Shown here: one piece after another, positions 31,449 to 39,655 of the stretch
How positions within the stretch are numbered: the stretch's first letter is position 1
How the letters are laid out: every line of letters starts with the position of its first letter
Assembly (NCBI GenBank): GCA_965228855.1
Contig: CBDDIJ010000005.1
Span: forward strand, 608,001-672,000
DNA length: 64,000 nt
Origin: Candidatus Obscuribacterales bacterium
Lineage (GTDB): Bacteria > Cyanobacteriota > Vampirovibrionia > Obscuribacterales > Obscuribacteraceae
Direction of reading: 5' to 3'
The notes under the pieces: generated by a model
What the model was told of the DNA's origin: nothing
Databases searched by the model: none
Seen by the model: only the letters and a program-made list of their open reading frames with translations
Made by a program: the position numbers and the translations under genes

Positions 31449-32153
31449 CTACATTTTGCGCGAGAGTTTTTCTCTACTGATGTAGTTTACGCACGCTAAA
31501 GCGAGCTTGTTGGTAGGTTTTGCCCGCAGCGCACGCCTGGCTTCCCTGAGAGCTTCTGACCTTTTCCCAAGATACGCAAACGCCCATGCTCGTTCAGCAT
31601 AAATAGTAGAACTGGGATTAGCCTTTACTGCACGATCAAAATATTCGAAAGCGGAATCCTTATCACCGAGCCGAAGCAAAGCCCAACCAAGATTCACAAG
31701 TTTCTTGGAGTTATGTGGATCGGTAAGTAGATCATGATCCATCACGACAACAGTATCATCGATTTCTACGGCAGAAGGTTCACCACGAGTGGCGGAATCC
31801 AAATCGATCGCCTCACCGTGCCAGGAGCAATCGACAGGTTCGCGCTCTAATATGCTCTTAGTGGGCAGCTGGGCAGACACGTCCTCCACTCGTGAGTCCT
31901 CTGCGAGTTCGTTCATGACAGCATTTACGGATGTAACCACATTTGGTGTCACCTGTTTTTCGCCGCTCAGCGGTGTCCCCCAACTCAATCCGATCAAAAA
32001 CAGCACGAGAACGGAGAGCACAGAAAGCTTCCAGAATCTGGTAGATCCAAGCTTAAGCAAATAGGTCGGCAGGAACTTACTCGCAAAGCAAACTGCAACT
32101 GCAGCAGCGAGAAGTCCGGTGGCTAGAAGCAAGAACATCATTGGCGTACCCAT
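31449..32153 (-). CDS. Membrane-anchored TPR protein
   Basis: Two N-terminal hydrophobic segments; TPRs LVNLGWALLRLGDKDSAFEYFDRAVKANP and YAERAWAFAYLG. Confidence 0.75.
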   Translation of the reverse strand: MGTPMMFLLLATGLLAAAVAVCFASKFLPTYLLKLGSTRFWKLSVLSVLVLFLIGLSWGTPLSGEKQVTPNVVTSVNAVMNELAEDSRVEDVSAQLPTKSILEREPVDCSWHGEAIDLDSATRGEPSAVEIDDTVVVMDHDLLTDPHNSKKLVNLGWALLRLGDKDSAFEYFDRAVKANPSSTIYAERAWAFAYLGKRSEALREARRALRAKPTNKLALACVNYISREKLSRKM

Positions 32154-32226
32154 CCAACCTTCTGCTTCTACATTAAGCTTCGTCTGTAATTAGGAGGGAA
32201 ACGCGATGTAAGGTGTTTGTGAAACG

Positions 32227-33261
32227 TCAAAGCGCATCGCGTCGGTCTTTTGTACCGCTGATCAAAGAACAGCCAGGTTTTGCCTTTCGAAAACGGGCGA
32301 CGCCCGCGTCTGAAATCATTTGATTATCTCGGACTCCCAGACTTTGAAGACTCGCCATTTTCGACAGACCATCAAGAGTTTTGTCCGAAACGTTATTGTC
32401 ATTCAGCTCGATTCGCCTGAGACCGGGAAACTTCAATAGCGCCGATGCCATCTCGTCATCCACGGAACATCCCTTCAAGCGAAGTTCGTTTAAGCGAGGC
32501 AAGGCAGACAGTTTCTCTAAACCTGTTTTGGTGATTTTTGTTCTTCCAAAGTCAATCTCCTCTAGGTTCGGCAGCTTTGCAATTGACTCAAAGCCGCTCT
32601 CTGATATGGATGTCCCCTTCATGTTAAGATGGGTCAGATTCGAAAAATCAGCAAGTTGCTCGAGCTCCGTATCGCTAAGCGAAGCTGCATTGATAGACAA
32701 ATGAGTCAGACTGGAACTTAATGGTTCCAAAATCTCAAAAGCTTTGCCACTAATGCCGGTATCATAAATCTCAAGTTTCTTGAGCGTTTTTATCTTCGCA
32801 ACATACTTCAGACCGTCGTCGGTCACTACAGTACCCGCCAGGTCTAGCGATGTTAACGGCAAATGAGTGATATATCGGAGCCACGAATCCTTAAATGTGC
32901 AATCAGACAAACTCAATTGGGTCAACGTGTCGAGTTTCCCAATTGTTTTCATGTTGTCTTTCGTCAGATCCCAGTGTTGAAACTGTAATTCGGTTCGATA
33001 TGGATCCTCATCAATAATTTTCTTAAGCGCGAGATCGGCCTCACCCGCATCGGGGCGCAAATTAGCCCTGTCAACTTTTATCTTGATACTTTTGACGGAG
33101 TCCACGTGCTCTTCAGACTGTTGGACCAGCCGCAACACAGTGAAAATCATAGCGCCCACAAGCAGTACAGTGACTCCCATCAGTAGCCACATGTCGTTTT
33201 TGATTCGGAACGGTTTCTCAGAGCTAATAAACAGGTCCCCAGAATCTTCTACTAGGTACAT
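32227..33261 (-). CDS. Single-TM leucine-rich repeat protein without a kinase domain
   Basis: TM WLLMGVTVLLVGAMIFTVL; about 9 LRRs of 24 aa (LxxLxLxxTxIxDxGL). Confidence 0.88.
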   Translation of the reverse strand: MYLVEDSGDLFISSEKPFRIKNDMWLLMGVTVLLVGAMIFTVLRLVQQSEEHVDSVKSIKIKVDRANLRPDAGEADLALKKIIDEDPYRTELQFQHWDLTKDNMKTIGKLDTLTQLSLSDCTFKDSWLRYITHLPLTSLDLAGTVVTDDGLKYVAKIKTLKKLEIYDTGISGKAFEILEPLSSSLTHLSINAASLSDTELEQLADFSNLTHLNMKGTSISESGFESIAKLPNLEEIDFGRTKITKTGLEKLSALPRLNELRLKGCSVDDEMASALLKFPGLRRIELNDNNVSDKTLDGLSKMASLQSLGVRDNQMISDAGVARFRKAKPGCSLISGTKDRRDAL

Positions 33262-33378
33262 GCCACTCTGTTGAAATACGAAACGAGAACGGTATATCGA
33301 TTCCGAAATATGAAGCCTGATAAGGGTTTCGGGTAATTTGACCGAATATTTTCTCAGACTGCGCAGACAGTCTCAGTT

Positions 33379-33540
33379 CTAACGAAGAATACCGTCTTGT
33401 CGTGCCGCCATTTGAGCTAATCCTGCATCATGACGGGATTCAAGAGATGGATCAGCTGCGAAGTATTGAACGTCCAACCAGACCACTCCTGAAACTACGG
33501 CGGTAACTAGCATCAACATTGATATAGATCGAGCGCTCAT
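33379..33540 (-). CDS. Small single-TM protein (53 aa), below the ORF track cut-off
   Basis: SD-like AAGGA upstream; MSARSISMLMLVTAVVSGVVWLDVQYFAADPSLESRHDAGLAQMAARQDGILR*. Confidence 0.5.
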   Translation of the reverse strand: MSARSISMLMLVTAVVSGVVWLDVQYFAADPSLESRHDAGLAQMAARQDGILR

Positions 33541-33810
33541 AGTTCATTCCTTATAATCGGTGCGCATGTTCGTTGCGGTCCGCTATGTGCAGTTTTTGCA
33601 TGACTGCCGCCTGTACGGAGCAGGGTAACCAACGGTCTGCGCTGATAGTTTTTTAGCATCTAAACGTCCAGCCGATGCAACGGGATCGGTTTGAAACCAG
33701 TTTAAGCATCGCGCTTGAAAGTTTGGGCTATGAATTGGTCACGCAGCGGCATCAAACCGCCCGAGTACCTTCTTAAAGACCATCGGCACTCGGTTAACCA
33801 CTAAAGAGGT

Positions 33811-34281
33811 ATGAACATGAGCACGTTGAAAGACTATGGCAAAATCACATCGAGATTAGCTATTGCAGCTGTTGTAGCAGGTATGTTCGCGGTTCCGCAA
33901 GTCTCTGCCGACTCCATGGCGGGTGGTATGGCTGCTAGCCAGGCGACAACCCAGAATAGCTCGAACGCAGATACAGACTCGACCACTCGTTCCGGAGGTC
34001 CATGGGGCAGCGCATCATCGTCGCACTCAGCCACTCAGAACGAATCTCAGACCGGCGGTCCGCAAGAGACATCGTCCACATCTCAATCAGGCGGAGTCGG
34101 CGGCATCCGAGCCAAAACAGTTCAAGAAACCGGCACGCAGGTGAAAACGACTTCCGGAACTACTCCAGGACGCACAGTTTCGATGAAGAGTACGACCGTC
34201 AGAAGCAAGAAACCTGTGAAACGGAAAGCCGGTTGGAAAGTCGTTAACTACAATTGGAAAAACGGTAAGAAAGTTCATTAA
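33811..34281 (+). CDS. Secreted Ser/Thr/Gly-rich low-complexity protein with Lys-rich tail
   Basis: Signal peptide ending in VSA; S/T-rich body; C-terminal KKPVKRKAGWKVVNYNWKNGKKVH. Confidence 0.72.
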   Translation: MNMSTLKDYGKITSRLAIAAVVAGMFAVPQVSADSMAGGMAASQATTQNSSNADTDSTTRSGGPWGSASSSHSATQNESQTGGPQETSSTSQSGGVGGIRAKTVQETGTQVKTTSGTTPGRTVSMKSTTVRSKKPVKRKAGWKVVNYNWKNGKKVH

Positions 34282-34284
34282 ACA

Positions 34285-34674
34285 ATGAGTTATATCCCTG
34301 ATGGCTACACGGAAGTTACGCCATATCTCACAGTCGTCAATGCGCACGGATTGCTGCAATTTCTAGTGACCGTGTTCGATGCCCAGGCAATTCGCAAAGT
34401 CGAATTGCCTGATGGCACGCTTAAGCATGCAGCTGTGAAGATCGCCGGAGGTGCTCCGATTGAACTTTCCGAGGCCACGGAAGAGTGGCCGCCGACCCCA
34501 GCCGCGGTTCACATCTACGTCCCGGATGTTGACACAACTCATGCTCGAGCTGTCGAAGCCGGAGCGAGTGTACTTCTCGAACCTCAGGAAATGGACTACG
34601 GAGAGCGCAGCTCTGCTGTAAAAGATCCGTTCGGCAATTGCTGGTACATCGCCACCTTCAAAAAAGGCGAGTAA
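34285..34674 (+). CDS. VOC/glyoxalase family protein (PhnB-like)
   Basis: PDGYTEVTPYLTV, HIYVPDVD, YGERSSAVKDPFGNCWYIAT. Confidence 0.9.
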   Translation: MSYIPDGYTEVTPYLTVVNAHGLLQFLVTVFDAQAIRKVELPDGTLKHAAVKIAGGAPIELSEATEEWPPTPAAVHIYVPDVDTTHARAVEAGASVLLEPQEMDYGERSSAVKDPFGNCWYIATFKKGE

Positions 34675-34676
34675 GC

Positions 34677-35507
34677 TTACTTCTTGCGAAATCCCTTTTT
34701 TTTCTTGCGCTGCTTATTTTGTGGCGGCGCAGGTTTGCTTTGTTCGCGTTCTTTACTGTAGTCGGCTTTATCACTTCGTTGAGCCGGCGTTTCCATATTC
34801 GAAGAAGAGTTCTCGACTGTTTTTTCCTTGTCGGACGACTCTCCTTTGGGTTTGGGAGGCCTAAATGCTAAAAATAGAAGTAAAACCCAGAACGGCGGAA
34901 ACCAGCCTATCAAGCCATTTACGAAAAAGTATCTCACCCATGTGGATCGTTTCAACTTCGACGCCACTATAGTCGGCAAGAAGATCGAGCTCACAGCGAT
35001 GCCCAGGAGAAAGGCTGTGTAAGCATACTCAAGCGCGAACTTGGATTGCGAACCTGCACTCTTCACGTAATCCGCGACCGGCTGCAATCCATAATTGGTC
35101 AGAAGAAACATCAGTCCTGCGCCGAGCAAAAACGCAATCGGTGCTCGCAGGTTTCGATGATAAAGAAGTGCAACGCCGGCAAGCAAATAGTCCCCCGCTC
35201 CTGGAATGACGTAATTGCTGCCTTTGAGAAACTCAATCAGCTTGTCAAAAATAAAAGCGACATTCGATGTAAAAGTCGAGTTGCTGTTTATCGGAATAAG
35301 AGCTGCTGCGGTCAAAGGCACCGCGATTAACAGCAGCACAAGATAAACAATCCCTACGAATCGGAGCAGCGCCAGCCCGTTGTCGCGGATGTCGTCGAAC
35401 AAAACTTCGAAGGCATTGCGCAGCGGTCTAAGCGTATTCGGTTTTTCTGCTCGTCTGCGAATTACCACGAGGCTTATCCAAAGAGGGTTGCGGCTATTGT
35501 ACAGCAC
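34677..35507 (-). CDS. Polytopic membrane protein with C-terminal superinfection-immunity (T4 Imm-like) motif; start uncertain
   Basis: IFLPTIVASKLKRSTWVRYFFVNGLIGWFPPFWVLLLFLAF fits the FLPTIxA...NxxxGW...W pattern. Confidence 0.6.
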   Translation of the reverse strand: MLYNSRNPLWISLVVIRRRAEKPNTLRPLRNAFEVLFDDIRDNGLALLRFVGIVYLVLLLIAVPLTAAALIPINSNSTFTSNVAFIFDKLIEFLKGSNYVIPGAGDYLLAGVALLYHRNLRAPIAFLLGAGLMFLLTNYGLQPVADYVKSAGSQSKFALEYAYTAFLLGIAVSSIFLPTIVASKLKRSTWVRYFFVNGLIGWFPPFWVLLLFLAFRPPKPKGESSDKEKTVENSSSNMETPAQRSDKADYSKEREQSKPAPPQNKQRKKKKGFRKK

Positions 35508-35567
35508 GCGCGCAACCGCCTTGAAAAGAACTTGGGTTTAAATTCGTGGAACATCAGGTCCCGCAAC

Positions 35568-36521
35568 TTATTTCAGCTCGCCAATGACTTTCTCGATGTT
35601 CTCTTTGCGCGAACCGTAATAGTCTATAGCACCATATATGCCACCAACAGCTAAAACGCCTGCGGTAGCCAGACCACCGCGTGAAAACATTTTTGAGGCT
35701 CCACCGGCGTGATTCAGATAAGCGGTGCTTCCTCCTGCAATAGCGGCAATGTACTTCGCATCCCAGGCGCCCTTGCCTGCTGCCTCGAAGCCCATTCCAG
35801 TGCCCTCGATTTTTCCTTTCTCCAGAGCACGAATATCCGCTTTGGTAATGCCGTTATCTTCAGAACCAAATTCGTCATTCTGGCAGTTGGAGAGAGGCTC
35901 GTACATCTGCTCCAACACGCTCATCATGTGAGCATTTTTGAGAGCAAATAGTTTATCTTGCGAAGCCGTCTTGATATTTTCCTGGCTGATGAAACCGTCT
36001 TTGTCAGAATCAAGCACGTCCCAGTTTTCGCGAACAGACTTTACGAAACCGACAGTATCAAGCCGGGTCAGTTCTTTAGCCCCTTTTCCGAACAGTCCAC
36101 CGATTACGTCGGTTAGGGAACCGCCACCGCTGCGCTTCAGCACCTGATCGGCAACACTCAAAGGGCCTCCCCCGACGGCGAGTTTGCCAGCTTCGACGCC
36201 GGCGTTGAAAAGCTTCTCTTTATCAGCCTGGGTTCCCTGCCCCTTTATCACACGCTCACCAGACCCGGAGAGATCGCGTGCTTGCCGGCCAATTCCGGTA
36301 GCTCCAATCTTGTCGGCGCCGTCGCCTATCGCTTGCCCAGCCTTGCCGATTGCATTACCGACATCCTCTTTGTTGATCTTTTGAGCTTCATCTTTCACTT
36401 TGCCAAAGATGCTTTTGGCACCGTCAATCAATCCACCAAACGGATTGTGACCAGATTCCTTCGGTTCCTGCTGCTGGTTGCCATCCGCTGCATTGCGCAC
36501 CAACTCAGACGATCTTCCCAT
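35568..36521 (-). CDS. Gly-rich EF-hand protein with C-terminal hydrophobic helices
   Basis: EF loop DSDKDGFISQEN; Gly-zipper-like C-terminus GGLATAGVLAVGGIYGA. ATG 36521 preferred. Confidence 0.7.
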   Translation of the reverse strand: MGRSSELVRNAADGNQQQEPKESGHNPFGGLIDGAKSIFGKVKDEAQKINKEDVGNAIGKAGQAIGDGADKIGATGIGRQARDLSGSGERVIKGQGTQADKEKLFNAGVEAGKLAVGGGPLSVADQVLKRSGGGSLTDVIGGLFGKGAKELTRLDTVGFVKSVRENWDVLDSDKDGFISQENIKTASQDKLFALKNAHMMSVLEQMYEPLSNCQNDEFGSEDNGITKADIRALEKGKIEGTGMGFEAAGKGAWDAKYIAAIAGGSTAYLNHAGGASKMFSRGGLATAGVLAVGGIYGAIDYYGSRKENIEKVIGELK

Positions 36522-36751
36522 AACGAAACCCACCTGTTCCAAACCCAACCTGCACACACGATAAATGTTTTGCGCTCACGAAAACAGTGGGGATATTACG
36601 CAATATGGGAATCTTCCCATGCGTTTGGAGATGGCACTTCTCAATGCCATCTCCAATACACGCTGACCACGCCGTGTCTATTAAAGGTCAGCCGAACTTA
36701 CCAGTTAAAACTCATCTACAGATTCAGGTTCACTTGTGGCGAAACCATTCA

Positions 36752-37825
36752 TTAGTAGGAAACATTCAGCTTCGCTCGCGCTTTTTTCATAGCCGCGTCA
36801 TACATCAAAGAATCAAGATTGCTGTCCTTGCGATTCACGCTGGCAAAACCGGCAGAAGGTCCGGCACTAGCAGCGCTATCAGCGAAAGCGCCGTACGCTT
36901 CAGCGCCTATTGTTCCATTGGTCGCACCGGCCAGGCTCGGAACCATAGAGGCACGCGCAGACCTATAACCGGTAGTCGAGCGGGCTGCCACTACTGGCGA
37001 TGCCATTACCGGTTTTGCTTTACCGGCGGCAGAAAGTGCTTTCGCTCCACTCTTCCATTCACGCGAAGCGCTGTCGGCAATTTCATAGGCAGCCCCACCG
37101 GAACTTATAACAGTCTTCTCTTTACCGGACTCGTCTTTAACGATTTGCCGATATGCAAGGTTTTCAAACTGACCGTCTGAAAGCTTTGCGATTTTCTGAA
37201 AAACTTCCATGCCACCATCGCCGGTGCTTTGCAGACCATCACATGCGAGCGTGTTGATCTGAATTCCTTTGGCAATCGCGTTCTTTGCTTCATCTTCCCA
37301 TTTATAGTCGTTTGGATAATAGTGCGGTCCAGCGTCGCCGATCAAAAACAGGAGCTTAGCTGTTTTATTGGATTTGTCCCAAGAAAGGTCGTTTACCGAA
37401 GCGTGAAGTGCTTGATTAAGAGCTTCCGGACCGTCGCCTCCACCATCGGCTTGTAACTGCGAAATATCGCCGACGAACTTATCTATATCTTCAGTGAATG
37501 GATAAACATTCGTCACATAGGCATCGCCCCGATCGCGGAACGCGACAAGACCAACTCGAACAACCGGAGCAGGTTTTCCGCTGGAAAGTTTGGCAACGAG
37601 GTCCTTGACTTTACTCTTCACCATGTCAATTTCACCCTGCATCGAGCCGGTAGTATCGATGCAAAACGCCAGGTCCATATGAGGCCGTTCTTTCGACTGC
37701 GCCTTGGTGGACTCGACTTTGATTTCAGGTTTTGAATCCAGATCTTTTGCAGCCAGGGTCATACTGGCACAGGTGGAGAGCAAAACCGTTCCCACAACTA
37801 GAATTCCTACCGTTTTCGCTTTCAT
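36752..37825 (-). CDS. Secreted von Willebrand factor A domain protein
   Basis: Signal peptide; MIDAS DLAFCIDTTGSM, RVGLVAFRD, GGGDGPE, LIGDAGPH. Confidence 0.88.
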   Translation of the reverse strand: MKAKTVGILVVGTVLLSTCASMTLAAKDLDSKPEIKVESTKAQSKERPHMDLAFCIDTTGSMQGEIDMVKSKVKDLVAKLSSGKPAPVVRVGLVAFRDRGDAYVTNVYPFTEDIDKFVGDISQLQADGGGDGPEALNQALHASVNDLSWDKSNKTAKLLFLIGDAGPHYYPNDYKWEDEAKNAIAKGIQINTLACDGLQSTGDGGMEVFQKIAKLSDGQFENLAYRQIVKDESGKEKTVISSGGAAYEIADSASREWKSGAKALSAAGKAKPVMASPVVAARSTTGYRSARASMVPSLAGATNGTIGAEAYGAFADSAASAGPSAGFASVNRKDSNLDSLMYDAAMKKARAKLNVSY

Positions 37826-38049
37826 GCTCAATCCCCTATCGCCTGTGCCGTAATTTCTGCCGGTCGCGTTTTTTCGACCATGCTTACAGACTAACTAAGC
37901 CGCCGGAGAATTTCGGCAACTCTAGTACTGAAACAGTCCTGGGGAAATCCCTGAATTGGCAACCTTGTAGGCCCGGTGAGCCCAAGAACCATCAGTGTAT
38001 GAGAATTCGATTAACCAGGTACCTGGAAAAACCGCTTACAATCCCCCCT

Positions 38050-39537
38050 ATGAGCACACTCTCCATCGCCCAGAGACTGGAACGTCTCCCGATTACCTCA
38101 TACCAACGCATGATCTTCGTCGTGATTGCGACGGCCTGGTTTTTCGATTGCCTGGATGTGGCAATGATGACGTTTGTGCTGTCATCTATCAAACAGGAAT
38201 TTGCGCTGAGCGCCGAGAAAGCGGGATTACTCGTCAGCATGAGTTTTCTGGGCATGTTCATCGGCGCAGGTTGCGCGGGCGTTCTCGCAGACAAATACGG
38301 ACGCATCGTAGTGTTCCGCGCAAGCATCATCATCTGGGGTTTAGCGTCACTGTTTTGCGCGCTCTCGCCGAGCGTGGAAGCATTAATGTTTTTCCGCGTT
38401 CTTCTCGGAGTCGGCTTAGCTATGGAGCTTCCTGTCGGACAATCGATGATTTGCGAATTCGTGCCGGCGAGAGTACGCGGCAAGTACGTCGCGCTACTTG
38501 AAGGGATGTGGCCGGTTGGCTTCATCGCGGCCGGCTTGCTGGCGATGTTTATAGTGCCGAGCTTCGGATGGCGAGGAGCATTCGTTGCAGAGGCTATTCC
38601 CGCAATATTCGTGCTGGTTATTCGCAGAATGGTTCCCGAATCGCCACGCTGGTTGGCAGAATCCGGACAGACGGCTAAGGCGACTGAAGTCATCTGCGTC
38701 ATTGAAACAAGAGTTGAGGAAGCGCTCAGGCGCAGTGGAAAAACACAATCCTCTTTATCCGGTTCCATCGGGGAAACCATTACAGATAACCATGGCGGCG
38801 GTGTGGCCGTTCTTACAAAACCGGAACCAACCGTTTCCTTGGCAACAATTGAAAACGAAGTAAGCGAAGCGGTTTCAATTCCAGATTCAGATCCGAACGC
38901 AACATCACCGTGCGGCGATGGAAGTGGACCAGACCGAGCCTCGATCAAAACCATTTTCGGCAAGCAGTACATCAAGAGAACCGTGATGGTTTGGATGCTC
39001 TGGTTTTTCGCGCTGCTCGGCTACTACGGACTGACCTCATGGTTCGGCGCGATGCTTGAAGCCAAAGGCATGGACTTTGCCAAGTCGACGGAAAACATCA
39101 TCAACATTTCACTTGCGGGAATTCCAGGGTTCTTCACTGCCGCATGGTTGGTTGAGGCGTGGGGTCGAAAGCCAATGATGATCACGAGTTTGTTGTGCTG
39201 TGCGGTCAGTGCTTACTTCTATGGCACCGCCAATGATACCAACTCCATTTTCATATTCGGATTGATCATGCAGTTTTTCATGTTCGGTATGTGGTCTGTG
39301 ATTTACGCCTACACGCCTGAACTGTATCCGACCCACGCTCGCGCCACTGGTTCTGGCTTCGCAAGTTCAATAGGTCGAGTGGGTGCCTGGCTCGGTCCCG
39401 TGCTCGTTGGCATAATTTTGACGAAAAGTGGACAGCAAGGCGCGTTCATTATGGGAGCAAGCGCATTTGTGTTGGCCGCTGCAGCTGTTTTCTTCCTGGG
39501 AGAAGAGACGAAAGGCAAAGTACTGGAAGAGATTTGA
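38050..39537 (+). CDS. MFS transporter (sugar-porter/aromatic acid family, NiaP/YceI-like) with extended central loop
   Basis: RLERLP, GVLADKYGRI, EFVPARVRG, PESPRWL, YTPELYPT, ETKGKVLEEI. ATG 38050 preferred over 37732. Confidence 0.92.
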   Translation: MSTLSIAQRLERLPITSYQRMIFVVIATAWFFDCLDVAMMTFVLSSIKQEFALSAEKAGLLVSMSFLGMFIGAGCAGVLADKYGRIVVFRASIIIWGLASLFCALSPSVEALMFFRVLLGVGLAMELPVGQSMICEFVPARVRGKYVALLEGMWPVGFIAAGLLAMFIVPSFGWRGAFVAEAIPAIFVLVIRRMVPESPRWLAESGQTAKATEVICVIETRVEEALRRSGKTQSSLSGSIGETITDNHGGGVAVLTKPEPTVSLATIENEVSEAVSIPDSDPNATSPCGDGSGPDRASIKTIFGKQYIKRTVMVWMLWFFALLGYYGLTSWFGAMLEAKGMDFAKSTENIINISLAGIPGFFTAAWLVEAWGRKPMMITSLLCCAVSAYFYGTANDTNSIFIFGLIMQFFMFGMWSVIYAYTPELYPTHARATGSGFASSIGRVGAWLGPVLVGIILTKSGQQGAFIMGASAFVLAAAAVFFLGEETKGKVLEEI

Positions 39538-39655
39538 GCCTTCGGTCAAAATTTGGGAACCAAAAGTTCACACTTGCGATGCTAGTCTAAGCATCTTACT
39601 AGGCCCGAACCCTTTTCTATCGCTTGCACTCAGCCCTGCGTCTGAGGAATTTTTG

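Noticed and set aside
37992..38975. 327-aa minus-strand ORF
   Set aside because: Lies entirely antisense to the MFS transporter; typical shadow of a hydrophobic gene.
37732..39655. Long N-terminal extensions given by the ORF track for the MFS (37732) and the 828-aa protein (39428)
   Set aside because: They overlap neighbouring genes; downstream ATGs at 38050 and 39656 fit family starts or SD sites better.
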